64,000 nucleotides of DNA from contig NC_045138.2 of assembly GCF_008831285.2 (NCBI RefSeq), forward strand, positions 30,132,001 through 30,196,000, read 5' to 3'. Both the position numbers and the translations under genes were made by a program. The stretch is from Nymphaea colorata (lineage: Eukaryota). This document shows, piece by piece, positions 58,801-64,000 of this stretch. Position 1 is the stretch's first letter. Each line of letters begins with the position of its first letter. The notes under the pieces were generated by a model. It searched no databases, had not been told where the DNA came from, and was given only the letters and a program-made list of their open reading frames with translations.

Positions 58801-61800
58801 TGGTCGAGAGAAGGGGAAATATTTATGTTATCAATGAAATATGGCTTACCAGTACCGAAAAGTGTGCAAGTAAGCACCATAACAGTTAAATTAATTCAAT
58901 ATATGTAGTAATCATCTCCAATCAAGTCAGATCCTTCTTCAACAAATATATACATCAAACTACCATAACTGTGCCTATATTCTTCTTTAATGAACGCTCA
59001 AAGAAAACACTTAAAGAATGGCAAAAAAGTTAAGATTATCAAAGTTGGTAGAAATCGGAATCACTTTACGGACATTTTTGCGCATCATATATAGGATTTT
59101 GAGCAAATAAAACTAGTTTGTTTCTTACAAAGAGAAAACAAAGCCGTGCTTTTTGTTTGCCTGAAGGCAGCCTCAATTCTCAGAGTGGCCCACAAATGAT
59201 GAAGAAGCTGCCTTCTTCCCCTTTACGTCGCGTCTGCCAAGGATAAAGAAAGCCGCAGCAGAAGCAGCAGCAGCACATCACTCACAAGCAGCAGCAGCAG
59301 CTGCAGCAACACCAAGATCAGAATCTCTCTTTCTTTCTTATACTGATTGGGTTGGGAGTGGAGGCTGCTGTCACAATCTCTGTTGACGGGTGGGGAGCGC
59401 CACATAGTGCTGCAACTTGGGAGTATTGTCTCTTTCTTCAATCATTTCATTAATGCTCCACTCACATCGCCATTAACCTGCAGAAGCCATTGTCCCTCTC
59501 CCTACCACCTTGGAATCTGTTCTATACCTTACGAAGTCAAAGACGTCTTCGCTTTTCTTCCCTTCCATACTTATATTTAATCACTGTCTGTCAATTCTGT
59601 GAGCCTGCACGCCTCAAAAGCTCAGGGAGGGATCCTCAGGCTTGAGGCAGGTCAAGGTTCGCGCCCAAGATTCCCCAATTATTGGCTTGGCATCTTCAAT
59701 AGTCGAGCATCCATTGGAAAAGAAAGGAAGAAACCATAAGTTATTGAACCAAGAATGCTTGTTTGAATGCTATTTTGTTGGGCATAAGATGGGCATCAAA
59801 CACTTGTGGAGTCAGAAATTTTGGTTGGAGGGATACTAATTCAATAACTTTAATATTTTTATGAGCACTTATGTATATAAACAATCATGTATCAAAGCAT
59901 TAATACAAAAATAATTAAACTACATACATCAGCCACCATGTGGCTCCGCCACAAAATCAAAGGGTTTTGTGCCAAATATAATGTTAGCCAGCCCGAAGAT
60001 GAAAGGGTGTTTCCCAAGAAGAATATTGTGTTTCTGGAATACATGTTTATGTAAAACCACATTGTTTTTGTTTCATAAAATAGATATGATCATGTCTAAC
60101 GCTCCATCCATTAAGAGTGTGTTTCCCAAGAATAACATTGTGTTTTCGAACACATATTCGTGTAAAATATGTTTAGAAGAAGAACATATTTTTCTTAAGT
60201 TACATGTTCTAAGAACACAAGGTTCTTTTTTCCAAATGCCATCTATGGCTGTCGTTGCACTCTTATGAGTACATTGGCACTGTGAGCCCTATTATTTGAT
60301 AGGATTCCATTGTTAAAGCAAACTCACCCAAGGGGCGACCGGAGCTCAATTGGACAGCCCTGTGACAACTTGCTTTAATCAATATAATGCATAATGTTGA
60401 ATGACTCAATATTAAAGCCAAAATAACTTTTGCTAAAAGGAATATTTCATCTTTCTGCTCGAAAGAGAGTTGAAACTCATACCAAACCTCTCGTCTCCCT
60501 AAGCTACAATGTCTGTTTTGGTGTTTCGAGTGCTGCCCCGACGACGCTTCAACGTCGGTTGCCTCTCTTTTACAGCATAAAAGAGTTGATGCTCCAATTT
60601 TTTTTTTTTTAAAAAAAAAGGAAAAAAACCTGGCTACCTAGCAGCTCTTGCCCTTACGGTTGCACCAATCCCTTAGAGACTAATACCATAATCATTTAAT
60701 AATGTCTTCCAAACATTCAACTGGACTACTGTTTGATGGATGAAAGAGCATACCTTAATTAGTTTTCAGTATATTCAATACCCTCTCCACCAATAGCAAT
60801 CGAATAATGTGCAGATGGGTCTCATCATCAAGTACACTGTGGCCCCTCAACTATATAGTGTTTTAAAAGGAGAAGAAAAGTACTGGATACTCTAGTCAAT
60901 TACTAGATCCTCATTAACTCCCGTGCTTTACTAGTTTTCCACCATGACTTTCATAAGCTATAGGGAAAGTGATGCATTCAAGGTTCAAAAACAAGCTGTC
61001 ATTGTTCCTCCCAATTGGCAGAGCTAAATGTGCGCCTGGGTGGGTAGTTGCCCACACATATTCATGTAATTCAATTCATTTACATTTTGGCTCTTCAACA
61101 TAATTTAGTTTGTTGCGTATTGGTGAGCACCAAATCTAAGAATATTTCTTTTATTGTTGTCTCTCAGCCACAAATTTTTAACTCCACCACAGGTAGGGCT
61201 CGGTGATCTACGCTCAACACGATTATAAAAGACATAACATAATCAAATTTTCAGTTGACGTCCTTTTCTTCCATAGTGATAATCACTGAACATGAGGCAA
61301 TGGCTTGAGTGAAGGCCAAAGCCTCTCGCCACCTGCCATCCTCTTAGGGTTTAAGGTTGTTTCTAATGTCTTGGGATGATGCTTTGTTATGCTTCAACTT
61401 ACATATCATGCCTCTGAGACCATCATGCCTCTGAGACCATAGTTAAGTTATATATTCAAAATAATATAGGAAGAGGTTGAATCATGAAATTAATTATGTA
61501 TAGATTTAGGAATTAAAGATTCATATTGCAATGATGGTTTGTTTCGGGTAAGAAACTAGCCTTGGGTGGGAACTGGAGTCACAAATTTAACCTAAAAAGA
61601 AGGTCGTTGATAGTTAATTGTTTATGGAATGTTCCAAACCACTTACAGTTATTTAACAAGTCAATAACCACTATTTCCCAATCAAAATAAGGAAATTTAG
61701 GGTCAACTATGCACATATGCTCTGTTTGCTTTCTTTTTATAAAGGGTCTAATTTGAGTATGAAGACTAAATTCTCTTGATCTTCTTCGGCATGTGGAATG

Positions 61801-62519
61801 TAACATATCAAAAGTTTAATTTTGTATCTAAGATTATCATGAATTTTGATGGACTTATAAAGGGGATTCTTAAGTGATTGGTTATCCTAGTTCTTAATTT
61901 TTTTGGGTCGAAACTGAAGCAATTAAGGGAGGGTTGGGATCCATTAGACCATGGACTTGAGCCCGGTGTGGGAGTGGGTGGGGTCATTATATGTGACAAT
62001 GAAAAGATGTACAGTCCTTTTCTTTGAATATGTATCTATGTGCCATGTAAGGTCTCGCTATCCAAACACTAAAGTTCTTGGTCTATTATGATGGTGTGAT
62101 AAAATGAAGGATCTTTCGATTCTTACCACACCTTTTAATTAATTAGTGTGATATAAACATTGATGGAAAGGAAAACTAGGTCAATCATCAGATCGTACTC
62201 TCATCCAACCATTTTCGATGTAGATAGCGAGCGGGTGGGCACCGAAAGCACATGATGAAGGCTTATAATGAGGACCATGACAGAGATGGATGGATTAGAT
62301 TAAAGATCACTTTCAAAAAGTGATTTGGCTCTATATGCATGATGTGTTCATTCTTCTCTTTTCCACTTTAATTCATGTGATGCAAAGTCACAGTTCATCC
62401 TTTACTATGTATTTCTCCAAAAAAATTGTGGTCCTCAAACATACTTTTCTAAAAGGATGTGAATTTCCTTTTTTCCACTACGCAATGGACTATGAATTTT
62501 ATACCTAGTCATATAGTGG

Positions 62520-62560
<41 letters not shown>

Positions 62561-63479
62561 TATCTCGCTTTTGAGAGTCACTCAGCCATCTAATCATTGC
62601 CATCTGATTCATTGTGATGGAGATAAAGAAAAAAACAATGAGAAAAAGGTGGTAGACATTTTCGTCATCTAGTATTAGTTCAGATTTTTTTCACCATACT
62701 TTTTTTGTTATCTATCTATGTACTTCAGATGAAGGACCATGTTTACATGGTTGGGTGACTATAGATAGATAAAGTCGTCATTCACTCACTCAACTTCACT
62801 GTATAATTGATCATTGATATGTTATTCTTCTTCTAAATGCAATGATATATCATTGGTGATGCCAAACCATTTCATAAGCATATTAATACCTTGTCATGTT
62901 AGCTGAAATTGGACAGAGAATATCACATCTCTCCATGACAGCTTGATAGACTATATCTTGTGTGGTTATGTTCATCCTTATAGTGAATCTTTTGATATAT
63001 AGGTAATACCTATTTTATAAAATTTAAAGTTTCATATATTTGATGACAATGACACAACAAGTTTCCTATTTCAGCATAATTTTACATGATAATCGAAACT
63101 CGAAACCTGCTATTTCGATCTTTCTCTTGCTTTTCCAGAGTCAAGGTTTGATAAAGTTGATGTAAATGGAAAGCACACAGTCCCCTCTATGAGGATTTGA
63201 GGCCACAAGAATTGATAGTTAAATGGACAAAGGAAGTAACTATATATTCCATGGCTGCTGCCTTCTTATTTGGTGTGAATATGTGGGCAAAATTTCGTTT
63301 TTCTGGCGTAGAAATTTGATAGAGATGCTACAACATCTAAGCGTCGCCATCAACCTGAAAATGGAAAAGATGATGTCCTTTCAACTAATACTGAGGGAAA
63401 ACATGATTGAAAACACAATGACAGACGTGACTATATGCCTATATGTATTATGCAGTTAGCATATTTAAACCATATGTGC

Positions 63480-63644
63480 ATAAGGGCCCTGGTCCTCCTA
63501 AAAATAAATGAAAAAACTTTATGTAAATTTTAAAAAATTTCACTTGTTTTATATAAAAATTAAAAAAAAATGATATTTTGGCTCATATCTAAATTTAAAA
63601 ACTTTAATTCAACCCCCATAAAAAATTTCTAGTTCTGCCCCCTA
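63480..63644 (-). mobile_element. hAT-like MITE, AT-rich-core family (copy 3, inverted)
   Basis: Reverse complement starts TAGGGGGCAGAACTAGAAATTTTTTATGGGGGTTGAATTAAAGTTTTTAAATTT, matching the 16171 copy. Confidence 0.65.
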
Positions 63645-63717
63645 TATGTGTGTACACATGATTGTGATGGGCATGTTTTTTTTTAATCAGGAAGGAGTCT
63701 GGAATTGAATTTTGGAG

Positions 63718-63911
63718 AATCTATTTGTATATGGAATCCAAATCCTATAAATTTCAGCCCTTCAACACACACACTCTCTCTCTCTCTCCTTATCCGTCAA
63801 GTGTTCATCACCAAATCTATTTGTATATGGAATCCAAATCCTATAAATTTCAGCCCTTCAGACACACACACTCTCTCTCTCTCCTTATCCGTCAAGTGTT
63901 CATCACCAAAT
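63718..63911. repeat. About 96-bp tandem duplication including a (CA)(CT) microsatellite
   Basis: AATCTATTTGTATATGGAATCCAAATCCTATAAATTTCAGCCCTTCA...CCTTATCCGTCAAGTGTTCATCACCAAAT occurs twice, at 63718 and 63814. Confidence 0.92.
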
Positions 63912-64000
63912 ATGAATTTTAAAGCGTATGGATTTTGCAGAATGTGTGTTTTTGCTTCTTTAATGCTAAAAGATCCGACCCTCATAAAAATTGTACATTT

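Overview
Eukaryotic nuclear DNA from a flowering plant: AT-rich introns and intergenic DNA, many GA/TA microsatellites and MITEs. Six spliced protein-coding genes can be rebuilt by hand with consistent reading frames. They are a Rab7/RabG3 GTPase (first 3 exons, minus, runs off the left edge), a PERK-type proline-rich receptor kinase (minus), an uncharacterised, probably plastid-targeted protein with TraB/GumN-like motifs (plus), an EngB/YihA-family GTPase (minus), a three-FKBP plus TPR immunophilin (plus) and a YUCCA flavin monooxygenase (plus). The YUCCA gene sits in a gene-poor region of about 15 kb upstream and over 10 kb downstream. Several short non-autonomous hAT-type elements have readable TIRs and 8-bp TSDs. 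I found no CRISPR array, rRNA, tRNA or autonomous transposon, and no clearly new multi-gene system. The most notable signals concern splicing and translation: a U12-type intron in Rab7, GC-AG introns in three consecutive genes, a frame-breaking competing acceptor in the TraB-like gene and stacked uORFs in the YUCCA leader. The first FKBP domain also looks catalytically degenerate, and there is an orphan membrane-anchored ORF. All gene models are manual and need RNA-seq or homology confirmation.
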